In this document: positions 45,528 to 54,438 of the stretch, in pieces
Layout of the letters: every line of letters starts with the position of its first letter
Position numbering within the stretch: the first letter of the stretch is position 1
IMG/VR virus record: IMGVR_UViG_3300042484_002457
Span: 62,001 to 126,000 of that record
Length of the DNA: 64,000 nt
Strand: one strand, 5' to 3'
The notes under the pieces: generated by a model
The model's input: only the letters and a program-made list of their open reading frames with translations
Told to the model about the DNA's origin: nothing
Databases searched by the model: none
Program-made: the position numbers and the translations under genes

Positions 45528-45752
45528 ATGTTTAAAGCAAACAGATCACATGTGACATTGCGTCCGGGGCATGAGGACTTTGTGTTCAGCCCCGACGGTG
45601 TCACTGTTGTGCCTCGTGCCAGCATTGAAATCAGTCAACGATGCCCAGAAAATTATCGAAGTCTGATTGCAGAATGTTTTAATCAAGGTTGGATCAAGCC
45701 TATAGCAAACATGCGCAAAACTGAATACACCATGGAGTTACTGAAAAAATGA
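45528..45752 (+). CDS. Hypothetical protein, leaderless
   Basis: ATG lies 6 nt after the -10 element. Confidence 0.7.
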   Translation: MFKANRSHVTLRPGHEDFVFSPDGVTVVPRASIEISQRCPENYRSLIAECFNQGWIKPIANMRKTEYTMELLKK

Positions 45753-46144
45753 CAATGCATCTGTGTGGTCCTGCCCTGAGTCTTATTGGTAAGAAAAAAG
45801 GCAAAGTCAAGTTTCGCAACGCTGCTGAAGCTGCTCGTGCACGTGAGCTTGATACCTCGTGGAAAGAACTGCTGAAGTCGCAGGGCATAGCAGCTGAAGA
45901 AAAGCGGCGTGTTCGAGCCATGAAGGCTGAGCCTTTGACTTATAACTTGAGCGCTCCTGTGGGCCGAAGCACCAGCAATCATATCCCCAGTCGTTCCACT
46001 TCAGGTGGTTCTACTGCGCCTGTAGCTCACAAAGAATACACCGGTACCAAGATGCTGGGTATTGGTCAGTTGCACAAGAGCAATGCAGTGCCTGTTTTTT
46101 GCAATCAGGACGCTGTAGATATCTCTAAAATGCGCCGCGGATGA
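45749..46144 (+). CDS. Phage hypothetical protein
   Basis: YTGTK.LGIG.LHKSNAVPVF...A.DIS.MRR. Confidence 0.75.
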   Translation: MTMHLCGPALSLIGKKKGKVKFRNAAEAARARELDTSWKELLKSQGIAAEEKRRVRAMKAEPLTYNLSAPVGRSTSNHIPSRSTSGGSTAPVAHKEYTGTKMLGIGQLHKSNAVPVFCNQDAVDISKMRRG

Positions 46145-46323
46145 CCAACTCTGTGTTTGTTCCTGTTGCCCGGCTACTTGAGGCACTGACGTGGGCCAAA
46201 TGTCATTGTACCACATACATCACCAATGATTATTTGCAGGACACAGATTCAATTGAGTTTTTCTTTTGCCCAACTGAACAAGGGCAAAGAGAAATGTTGA
46301 TGTTTACTTTGAAATTTTTATAA
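46141..46323 (+). CDS. F.L.W family-like microprotein
   Basis: ALTWAK.HC...FFF...MLMFTLKFL. Confidence 0.55.
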   Translation: MTNSVFVPVARLLEALTWAKCHCTTYITNDYLQDTDSIEFFFCPTEQGQREMLMFTLKFL

Positions 46324-46337
46324 CACTTGGAGACAAA

Positions 46338-46733
46338 ATGATAGACGCAGATATGTGGCAAAAACAAGAAGTGGTACGACTGCTCAAGGGCGCACCGGGC
46401 ACGGCCTATCAAGAGGCCGATGACGCCAACCGCACAATCATGCGTGATTGGGTGCGTAGCCTGCTACAAAAGGGTCCTATCACAGTAACGTTTACCAAAG
46501 CAGACGGAACTGTGCGTGACATGAAATGCACATTGGATTGGACATTTATCCCCACATACAAACAGCCCAAAGGTCCTGACACAACCTCAGTGGACGGAAT
46601 GGTGAAAGAATCCCGACAACGCAAAGATCCTGATGTGCATAGCCTCCGGGTGTTTGACGTGGACAAACTAGAATGGCGTAGTTTCCGCTTTGACCGACTT
46701 CAAAAGATCACAGCTGAGCTGAATTTTGAATAA
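46338..46733 (+). CDS. WYL-like SH3 beta-barrel protein
   Basis: [14 protein letters not shown]...VFDVDK.EWRSFR.D. Confidence 0.75.
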   Translation: MIDADMWQKQEVVRLLKGAPGTAYQEADDANRTIMRDWVRSLLQKGPITVTFTKADGTVRDMKCTLDWTFIPTYKQPKGPDTTSVDGMVKESRQRKDPDVHSLRVFDVDKLEWRSFRFDRLQKITAELNFE

Positions 46734-46744
46734 GTAATAGCCAA

Positions 46745-46966
46745 ATGGCTAAAAAAGAAGATACTATTACAGTGGAAGGTGTTGTTGAGGAAATCATGCC
46801 CGCAGCAATGTTCAGAATCCGACTTCACAATATTGAAAAAACAGTACTTGGTTACTTGTCGGGTCGCATGAGAAAAAACAATATCAAAGTTTTGTTGGGT
46901 GATCGAATCGAAATGGAGTTTAGTCCATATGATCTGACTCGCGGTCGTATTACCCGACGCAAATAA
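46745..46966 (+). CDS. infA: Translation initiation factor IF-1
   Basis: MAK.ED.I.VEG.V.E...SG.MRKN.I..L.GD....[12 protein letters not shown]. Confidence 0.95.
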   Translation: MAKKEDTITVEGVVEEIMPAAMFRIRLHNIEKTVLGYLSGRMRKNNIKVLLGDRIEMEFSPYDLTRGRITRRK

Positions 46967-46976
46967 ATACTGTACT

Positions 46977-47525
46977 ATGAAACTTCGTGATACAATTAGC
47001 CTAGTAGAAGCTAGCACTCGACCAGCCAAGCTGGAAACCACTCCCTTGCCCTATGGTGAGAAAGACCTTGAGCCAGTATTGAGTAAAGAAAGTTTAGAAT
47101 ACCATTATGGACATTTGGCCCGGGGCTATGCCAAGCGTTACAATGCAGGAGAAGGCAATGCGGATTTTAATCGTGCTGGCAGTTTTCTGCACAATAAATT
47201 TTTCCCTCAGCTCAGGGCTCCCAAGGGCGCCAATCGACCACGTGGGGCAGTACTTGCGCTGATTGAAGAAAAGTTCAAGACCTATGAAGACTTCAAGGAG
47301 GAAATGAAAAAAGTTTTTATGTCTATCCAGGGAAGTGGTTGGTGTTATCTCTCAACATCCGGCGACATAAAAACTATTGCAAACCATGCTGTTAGAACTG
47401 ATATTGCTCTTCTGATAGACGCATGGGAACACGCATGGAGCTTGGACCACCAGTGGGACAAAGAGGCTTACTTTGATAACATCTGGAAAATCATCAACTG
47501 GGACGTTGTTAACGAACGTCTATGA
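46977..47525 (+). CDS. Fe/Mn superoxide dismutase, compact
   Basis: LPY...LEP, EYH, FLH, GSGW, DAWEHA; all four metal ligands present. Confidence 0.88.
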   Translation: MKLRDTISLVEASTRPAKLETTPLPYGEKDLEPVLSKESLEYHYGHLARGYAKRYNAGEGNADFNRAGSFLHNKFFPQLRAPKGANRPRGAVLALIEEKFKTYEDFKEEMKKVFMSIQGSGWCYLSTSGDIKTIANHAVRTDIALLIDAWEHAWSLDHQWDKEAYFDNIWKIINWDVVNERL

Positions 47526-48178
47526 GTATATATCTTCTAGTTAAAACACATGCTAAAACAGGGTTAAAATACCTTTGTAAAACTAATAGAAAAGACTATC
47601 AAAAATACCTAGGCTCTGGTCTATACTGGAAAGATCATTTGCGGGTTCACGGCAAAGAGCACACTACAGAGTTAATAAAAGAATGTTCATGCAATGCCGA
47701 AATCAAAAAATGGGGGTTATATTATAGTAACCTCTGGGATGTAGTAAATGCTAAAAATACCGAAGGTAAAAAACTCTGGGCAAATCTAGTGCCAGAAGAA
47801 GGCCAAGGTATTTCTAGTGAGGTCGGAAAAGTAATACAAAATCGTCCTGAAGTAAAAGCAAAGAACGTTGCAGGAGTTAAAGCATTTTATGCTAACAACC
47901 CAGATATACGAGAAGAGCACCGAAAAACTGCGTTAGATAATAACCCTATGCATAAGCCTGGGATTAAAGAAAAACACAAACTAGCAGTAGAAATCTCTAA
48001 TACTGGTGAAAAAAATAATAGTTGTGATTTAAGATTGCATAAGTTTCAACATGAAACTGGGCCACAGGAATATTGTACTCAAAATTTCCTAAAGAAAAAA
48101 TATAATCTTAAAAAAACTGGTATTAGCCAGTTAGTAAATGGGCATAAGCAAATTGCGTACGGATGGAAAATATTATGA
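47522..48178 (+). mobile_element. Free-standing GIY-YIG/Seg-like homing endonuclease
   Basis: IYLLVKTH..TGLKYL.KT...Y.GSG..W..H; A-rich relative to flanks. Confidence 0.7.
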
Positions 48179-48495
48179 TTACACTAACTGAATCTGCTGT
48201 GACAAAACTCCGAGACCTGTTTGCCGAAGAAAACAATCCGGCGCTGGTGCTACGAGTATTTGTGCAAGGTGGAGGCTGCTCGGGATTTCAATACGGGTTT
48301 ACATTTGACGAAAATCGTAACGAGGATGATTTTGAAGTTCCAGCTGAAGTGCCTGTTGTGGTGGATGCCATGAGCATGCAGTACCTACAGGGTTCTGCTG
48401 TGGATTATCACGAGGACGTTATGGGTGCCAGCTTTGTGATCAACAATCCGCAAGCAGTGTCCACTTGCGGCTGCGGATCAAGCTTTGGTATCTGA
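48175..48495 (+). CDS. erpA: A-type Fe-S carrier (ErpA/IscA, HesB family)
   Basis: [29 protein letters not shown]. Confidence 0.88.
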   Translation: MITLTESAVTKLRDLFAEENNPALVLRVFVQGGGCSGFQYGFTFDENRNEDDFEVPAEVPVVVDAMSMQYLQGSAVDYHEDVMGASFVINNPQAVSTCGCGSSFGI

Positions 48496-49833
48496 TTAAA
48501 CAAACGGTCTTGGGTTAGCGCCAAATTGATTGGCTGCGTTTGAGAATGTTGGTGACACCGAACCATACACTGGATTCCAGGTTCCCCCATCCTTGACATA
48601 AACTGAGTTAACACTCTGCCAAACATTATTGACTTTTACCCATGTATTTCTAACTGGTGCAAAAGATCCAAGATAGTGCACTGATACACCGCTGACATTG
48701 AAGTCAAACATTGCATATCCACTAGAGCCTTGAATGGCAGTATTTCCGCCCAGTGCAATTCCACTGCCAGGGTAATACGTAGAATTGGTACCACCAGGTG
48801 TTTTACCACTTGGATTTTGATATGTTCCTGAACTTAACCCAAACGCCCCAGCATAGGCACCTACGTCGCCGCCAGGAGTGATGCCACCATTACCGCCGCC
48901 CCAGCCACCACCTCCACCTCCACCACCACCACCGTCACCACTGTTGGCCTGTCCATTTTGACCAGCATTGATTCCCACGGCTGCCTGTCCGCTATCACCT
49001 GGAGCATTTTGTCCGTTTTTTGCACCAACGTTACCTGCACCGCCACCCCCACCGCCACCCCCAGCAGCTCCAAGTGGAGTTCCGTTAAGAATGACAACCG
49101 TGGCGCCACCACCACCGCCACCAGCACCTGAACTTCCAGCTGGTCCAGCTGCACCACCAACACCACCGCTGAAAGATGTTCCTGAATTTATAATTAGTGC
49201 AACTGCGCCCGGACCACCAGTATTGACACCAACAATACGTACTGTATGAGTTCCTGCAGATAAAAATATTCTAGATTCAAAAGTGGTTGTGTAATCTGGG
49301 GCACTCAACACTATTGATCCGTCAACATATACATCTGCATAGTTGTCAGCCGATCCAATAAATTGGTATTCTGTGCTAGAAGGAAAAGTTACAGTGTATG
49401 TTTTATCAAAATTGGTAGTAGAGCTAGGATTGACCCATACTCCGTTGGAATTTAGAAATGTGCAGTACCTAGTATTGAATTGCGAAAATACAGGACCGCC
49501 AAGACCACTTGATGGCACGGCTGTGATGGTATTAAAAATTTGACTTTGTGTGTAACTAAAACCAGGAGATCCACCAGCTGCACTACTTTGCCCGCTCTGT
49601 CCACCGCCGCCTGGTCCACCAACGGCTACTTGCAAGACATCTCCAGCACTGATGTTAAAGTTAACAACTGAGTATGCACCGCCACCACCTGCACCGCCTG
49701 TGCCTGAATCGTTGCCTCCACCGCCACCTCCACCACCCCAAAGGTATGCAGCCACAGGCACGTTGTTTCCAAATTGCCAAGTTAATTGCTGTAGGCTACC
49801 GGTGTATCCTACTGGACGTAATACTGTTGCCAT
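48496..49833 (-). CDS. Glycine-rich tail/receptor-binding-like protein
   Basis: Poly-Gly tracts; ADN...YVDG beta-sandwich segment; C-terminal VKV..VWQ...YVK.GGTW. Confidence 0.7.
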   Translation of the reverse strand: MATVLRPVGYTGSLQQLTWQFGNNVPVAAYLWGGGGGGGGNDSGTGGAGGGGAYSVVNFNISAGDVLQVAVGGPGGGGQSGQSSAAGGSPGFSYTQSQIFNTITAVPSSGLGGPVFSQFNTRYCTFLNSNGVWVNPSSTTNFDKTYTVTFPSSTEYQFIGSADNYADVYVDGSIVLSAPDYTTTFESRIFLSAGTHTVRIVGVNTGGPGAVALIINSGTSFSGGVGGAAGPAGSSGAGGGGGGATVVILNGTPLGAAGGGGGGGGAGNVGAKNGQNAPGDSGQAAVGINAGQNGQANSGDGGGGGGGGGGWGGGNGGITPGGDVGAYAGAFGLSSGTYQNPSGKTPGGTNSTYYPGSGIALGGNTAIQGSSGYAMFDFNVSGVSVHYLGSFAPVRNTWVKVNNVWQSVNSVYVKDGGTWNPVYGSVSPTFSNAANQFGANPRPFV

Positions 49834-49836
49834 GTG

Positions 49837-51507
49837 TTAAATTTGATACCAAATATCACCGTTGTTGCCACCGGTGGGCGCACTGGTACTTACATATCTT
49901 GTGCCAAAGCCGTTTGAATTTGTTGCAATGGACAACGTAATATCGGCAATTAATGACCCGCCACCGGTTAGTCCTGTGCCGGCAATGATGTTTGTGCTGC
50001 TGTGTGCTGCACCTAGATTGGTTCTAGCATCTGTGGGATTACTTGCACCAGTGCCTCCATCAGCAACGGTTAAATCTGTTATTCCAGAGATTGTACCACT
50101 TGAAATTGCAACATTACTAGCTGAAAACAATGTTAGGCCAGATATTGTGCCACCTGTAATTCCAACCGAGTTTGCTGCCTGTGTAGCAATAGATCCAAGT
50201 CCAAGATTGGTTCTTGCAGCAGATGCTGTGGTTGCATTTGTGCCACCACTACTAATTTCCAAAGGCGAAGTCAATCCAGATATTGTACCACCTGTGATAG
50301 ACACTGATGATGCATTTTGTGTAGCAAGATTGCCAAGGCCAAGGTTGGTTCTTGCTGCACCAGCAGTATTTGCTCCAGTTCCGCCACTTAGCACAGCCAA
50401 CGGTGCATTTAGTCCAGAAATATTACCGCCAGTGATAACAATGTTGTCTATGGTACCAGCAGTGAATGCAATGTTGCTGGTATTCATGGTGGCAATGTTG
50501 CCAAGTTGCAGTCCGCTTCTTGCTTGCGCAGCGGTGCTACCTCCAGTGCCACCGTCGGCCACAGCAAGCGGTGTGATACCTGTAATAGTACCGCCACTGA
50601 TAGCAACAGCATTGGAATTTTGCTGACTCATGGTAGGCAGGGCATTGGTCCAGTCTGTGACAAATCGAGTTGTTGCAATCTGAGTGTTACTTGTGCCCAG
50701 TGATGCAGTAGGCGACGTAGGCACACCAGTAAATGCAGGGCTTGCTTTTTCTCCCTGAACAAATGCTGTGGTAGCAATTTGTGTTGAATTTGTTCCTGCT
50801 GGGGCAGTGGGCGCAACCGGAGTTCCAGTGAATACAGGACTAGCTTTTTGTGCTTGTACAAAAGCAGTTGTGGCCAATTTGTTGCTGCTGTCAACAGTAC
50901 TGGCTGTGGGCGCAGTTGGTATGTTAGCAAACTCAGGACCTGATGTAACAAACGCTGTGGTAGCAAGTTGAGTGGTATTTGTGCCAGTACTAGCAGTAGC
51001 AGCAGTTGGAGTTCCAGTGAAAATTGGACTATTAGTGACAAATGCTGTGGTAGCAATTTGTGTGGTTGCAGTACCTGCTGTGGCAGTAGGAGCTGTGGGC
51101 ACACCAGCCAGTGCTGGACTGTTTGTTACAAATGCTGTGGTAGCAATTTGCGTATTTGCTGTTGCTGAGGGTGCAGTGGGTGCAGTAGGTACCCCAGTAA
51201 ATGCCGGGCTAATTTTTTGAGCTTGCACATAATCTTGACTGGCCAGCACTGCCCAGGTGTTAGCACTAGAATAGGCCGAAATTGCGTCAGTGGCACTGTT
51301 GTACCACAACTGCCCCAAGATTGGTTGCAAGGGTGCTGTGGAATTTGCAAAATTCTCCAGCAAATATACATAGTTTTCGTTTTCGTAAGTACCGTAGTCT
51401 GTTAGTCCTCGTCCCACCAAGGACAAGTCTGTAGCCGTGGTGTTTACTGTGCCGTCTGCAATAACGGCAATAACGTTTCCGCGAGAATTGTTGATAATAT
51501 AGCTCAT
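49837..51507 (-). CDS. Repeat-rich tail fibre protein
   Basis: About six PTAPT...TQIATTAFV and four GGTGA..A..AR.NLG repeats. Confidence 0.8.
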   Translation of the reverse strand: MSYIINNSRGNVIAVIADGTVNTTATDLSLVGRGLTDYGTYENENYVYLLENFANSTAPLQPILGQLWYNSATDAISAYSSANTWAVLASQDYVQAQKISPAFTGVPTAPTAPSATANTQIATTAFVTNSPALAGVPTAPTATAGTATTQIATTAFVTNSPIFTGTPTAATASTGTNTTQLATTAFVTSGPEFANIPTAPTASTVDSSNKLATTAFVQAQKASPVFTGTPVAPTAPAGTNSTQIATTAFVQGEKASPAFTGVPTSPTASLGTSNTQIATTRFVTDWTNALPTMSQQNSNAVAISGGTITGITPLAVADGGTGGSTAAQARSGLQLGNIATMNTSNIAFTAGTIDNIVITGGNISGLNAPLAVLSGGTGANTAGAARTNLGLGNLATQNASSVSITGGTISGLTSPLEISSGGTNATTASAARTNLGLGSIATQAANSVGITGGTISGLTLFSASNVAISSGTISGITDLTVADGGTGASNPTDARTNLGAAHSSTNIIAGTGLTGGGSLIADITLSIATNSNGFGTRYVSTSAPTGGNNGDIWYQI

Positions 51508-51596
51508 TGACCACTCCGAATCAGTGTATTTAGCGGCAACTCATAGTGTGTGCTACCTACAAAATCTTTGGTAAATAACACAATAGGACTGCAAAC

Positions 51597-53921
51597 ATGA
51601 CACAACAAATCATTGACGTTGGCAACGTAGCAAATGACGGGCAAGGCGATCCCTTACGAACTGCTTTTATAAAGATCAACGAAAATTTTACTGAAGTTTA
51701 CAATACCGGGGGGTTAACTGGTATTACAAACGGCAGCTCAAACATCAAAATCGTACAAGATTCCAACATCAATTTCAGCTCAGCCAACGTAGCTAACGTT
51801 TTTGCTGTGTCTGGAACTGGTACCAGTACCACGGGAACCAGTGCAGTGACTGGGAATGTTAGTGCCACTGGTAATGTATCTGCTGGGGGATTTTTTGTAG
51901 GTAACGGAAGTTTACTTACAGGGGTTGTTTCCAGCGCACCTGCTGCACTACTCACTGGCACCACATTGAGTGCAAACGTGGTTAATTCAAGCCTGACCAG
52001 TGTGGGCACGCTCAGTAGCTTGGCAGTAACTGCTAATATTACAGGCGGCAATCTAACAACTGCAGGAAGAGTCAGTGCTACTGGAAATGTGCTAGCGCAA
52101 AACTTCACCACAGGCGGTACAATCAGTGCCACTGGTAATATTAATGGTGCCAACATTTTTGCCACAGGCGCTTTAAGTGCTGGTGGAACAATCAACGCTG
52201 TGGGAAATATCACTGGCAATTACTTCATTGGTAACGGAAGTTTGCTCACTGGATTTTCAGTAAGCTCAAATGCAGCACTTTTAACAGGTTCTACCCTCAG
52301 CGCAAACGTAACTGTAAGTAGTCTACAAACTGTTGGAACACTAAACAGCTTGACCGTGAGTAATGCTCTGGGCGGCAACGGCAACGTGCAATCCAACAAT
52401 GTCAGTGCAGGATCCACAGTTTCTGCTGTGGGCAATATCACTGGCGGAAATCTAATCAGTATTGGGGCAGTCAGTGCAGTTACTGGTGTATTCGCTGGAG
52501 ACATTACTGGTGCAAACATCACTGGAAATCTTGTGGGCGGAAACATTGCAGCTGGTAACCTCAACGCCACAAACACTGTGACAGGAACTACTATATCAGC
52601 TAGCGGAAACGTAACTGGGGGCAACATCAATTTTGGCTCAGGCGTTGTGAGTGGATCTGGCAACATTGTTGGTGGCAACATCTCTGGTACACTTACTACT
52701 GCGGCTCAAACAAATATCACAAGTGTGGGTACCTTGACCACGCTGGTAGTTTCTGGCAACGTCAGCGGTGGAAATATCTCAACAGGAGCAATGACTGCAA
52801 CTGGAAACGTATCTGGTAGCAATGTGATTACATCTGGATATGTTACAGCGGCAGGCAATATCACTGGTGGCAATATATCTTCAGGCAATATCACTGGTGG
52901 TAATCTTATAACAGCTGGCCAGTTAACTGCTACTGGAAACGTAACTGGTGGTAACTTAAACACTGGCGGATCTCTAAGTGTTGCTGGCAGTACTATTATT
53001 GCTGGCAATCTAACAGTCAACGGAACAACAGAGTATACCAATGTCAGTACTCTAGCAATTGCTGATCCAATAATTGGAATTGGTCGTGGTGCAAACAATG
53101 CCACACTCAGCAGCAATGATGGTAAAGATCGCGGCGAACAACTGTTTTATTACACCACTCAAGAACGTTCTGCTTTTATCGGCTATCAAAACAGCACTGG
53201 TAAACTAGTAGCAGCTACTCAAGCAACTGTCACAAACGAACTTGTGACCATTGACACAGCTGGAAGTTTTGTTGTTGGACAGTTGGAAGGTGTCACAATC
53301 AGTGTTAGCGGAACAGTAACTGTTGGCAATGTGTCTACAGGGGGAACTATCAGTGCTGCTGGCACTATCACTGGCGGCAACTTGACCACTATTGGTTCTG
53401 TGGGTGCAACTGGAGGCATAACTGGTGGAAATTTATTAACTGGTGGACTAGTAAGCGCCGCTGGCACTGTAACAGGTAGTGCTGTTAACACTGCTGGAGC
53501 TGTTAGTGCAGCTGGAAACGTCACTGGTGGCAATCTAATAACTGCAGGCGCAGTGTCAGGATCAGGCCTTGTGATCTCAGGCAACACTGCTACGGTGACC
53601 AGTGCTGGTTACACTATTGGTTACAGAGACATTCCGCAGTTGACATCATTTGGTACCCTGGCCATCACTGACGGTGGCAAACACTACTACGGGTCAGGGA
53701 CTCTTACCATTCCCACCAACGGCAGTGTAGCACTACCAATTGGTACCAGCATTCTTGTCATAGCAAGTAGTAGCACTACTATAGCCAATGCTACTGGGGT
53801 TACACTGACCTGGGCTGGTCCCGGTACTGGTGGCTCAAGGACTCTTGCACAGTATGGCATGGCCACAGTGATCAAGGTTGCATCTGACACCTGGTATGTG
53901 AATGGAACAGGACTAAGTTAA
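51597..53921 (+). CDS. Tail fibre/baseplate-attached protein
   Basis: N-terminal ANDG.GDPLRTAF.KIN.NF.E.Y; many GNITGGN repeats; TAAATA at 51572. Confidence 0.8.
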   Translation: MTQQIIDVGNVANDGQGDPLRTAFIKINENFTEVYNTGGLTGITNGSSNIKIVQDSNINFSSANVANVFAVSGTGTSTTGTSAVTGNVSATGNVSAGGFFVGNGSLLTGVVSSAPAALLTGTTLSANVVNSSLTSVGTLSSLAVTANITGGNLTTAGRVSATGNVLAQNFTTGGTISATGNINGANIFATGALSAGGTINAVGNITGNYFIGNGSLLTGFSVSSNAALLTGSTLSANVTVSSLQTVGTLNSLTVSNALGGNGNVQSNNVSAGSTVSAVGNITGGNLISIGAVSAVTGVFAGDITGANITGNLVGGNIAAGNLNATNTVTGTTISASGNVTGGNINFGSGVVSGSGNIVGGNISGTLTTAAQTNITSVGTLTTLVVSGNVSGGNISTGAMTATGNVSGSNVITSGYVTAAGNITGGNISSGNITGGNLITAGQLTATGNVTGGNLNTGGSLSVAGSTIIAGNLTVNGTTEYTNVSTLAIADPIIGIGRGANNATLSSNDGKDRGEQLFYYTTQERSAFIGYQNSTGKLVAATQATVTNELVTIDTAGSFVVGQLEGVTISVSGTVTVGNVSTGGTISAAGTITGGNLTTIGSVGATGGITGGNLLTGGLVSAAGTVTGSAVNTAGAVSAAGNVTGGNLITAGAVSGSGLVISGNTATVTSAGYTIGYRDIPQLTSFGTLAITDGGKHYYGSGTLTIPTNGSVALPIGTSILVIASSSTTIANATGVTLTWAGPGTGGSRTLAQYGMATVIKVASDTWYVNGTGLS

Positions 53922-54406
53922 TGACAGGTATAATGTCTGCCATTGCTGGCAACGCACAAAACATTGTGTATGCATCTGGCTTGTATGGGCCAACTGGTGT
54001 TGACCAAGCTCCTATTAATGGCAGCGACTTAAACAACTCAGTGGTTCAGTCCAAGACCTGGATTGGGTATTTTAGGCCAACTGCTGGTGGTTCAAATTCG
54101 TTTGGTATATCTGCTGCCTGGACCAGTGATGACACAGGCGAAGGCCAGTATTCAAGAGCTTATGTCTGGGTAGGTGCCTTGGCACTCTCTGGTTACACCA
54201 CAGGCAATGCTTTGGCCGCAGCTGACAACAGCTCGGGCTCAGGTTCTGCTACTTTGGTGGCCGGACAATACTATCCCATAAGAGTGCAATGGAATTATTA
54301 TTTCCCGTTTGACGGTGGTTTCTTTGGATTTGACACATCTGGAAGTTTTTCATTGACGCCGCCCAGCGGCACCTATTGGTACAACACCAAGAGCAATGGA
54401 TTCTAA
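53921..54406 (+). CDS. PA14-like small fibre-associated protein
   Basis: W.GYFRP...L.AGQYYPIR.Q. Confidence 0.55.
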   Translation: MTGIMSAIAGNAQNIVYASGLYGPTGVDQAPINGSDLNNSVVQSKTWIGYFRPTAGGSNSFGISAAWTSDDTGEGQYSRAYVWVGALALSGYTTGNALAAADNSSGSGSATLVAGQYYPIRVQWNYYFPFDGGFFGFDTSGSFSLTPPSGTYWYNTKSNGF

Positions 54407-54438
54407 GCCACGGTAAATATGAAAAAGGGCAAAGAATA

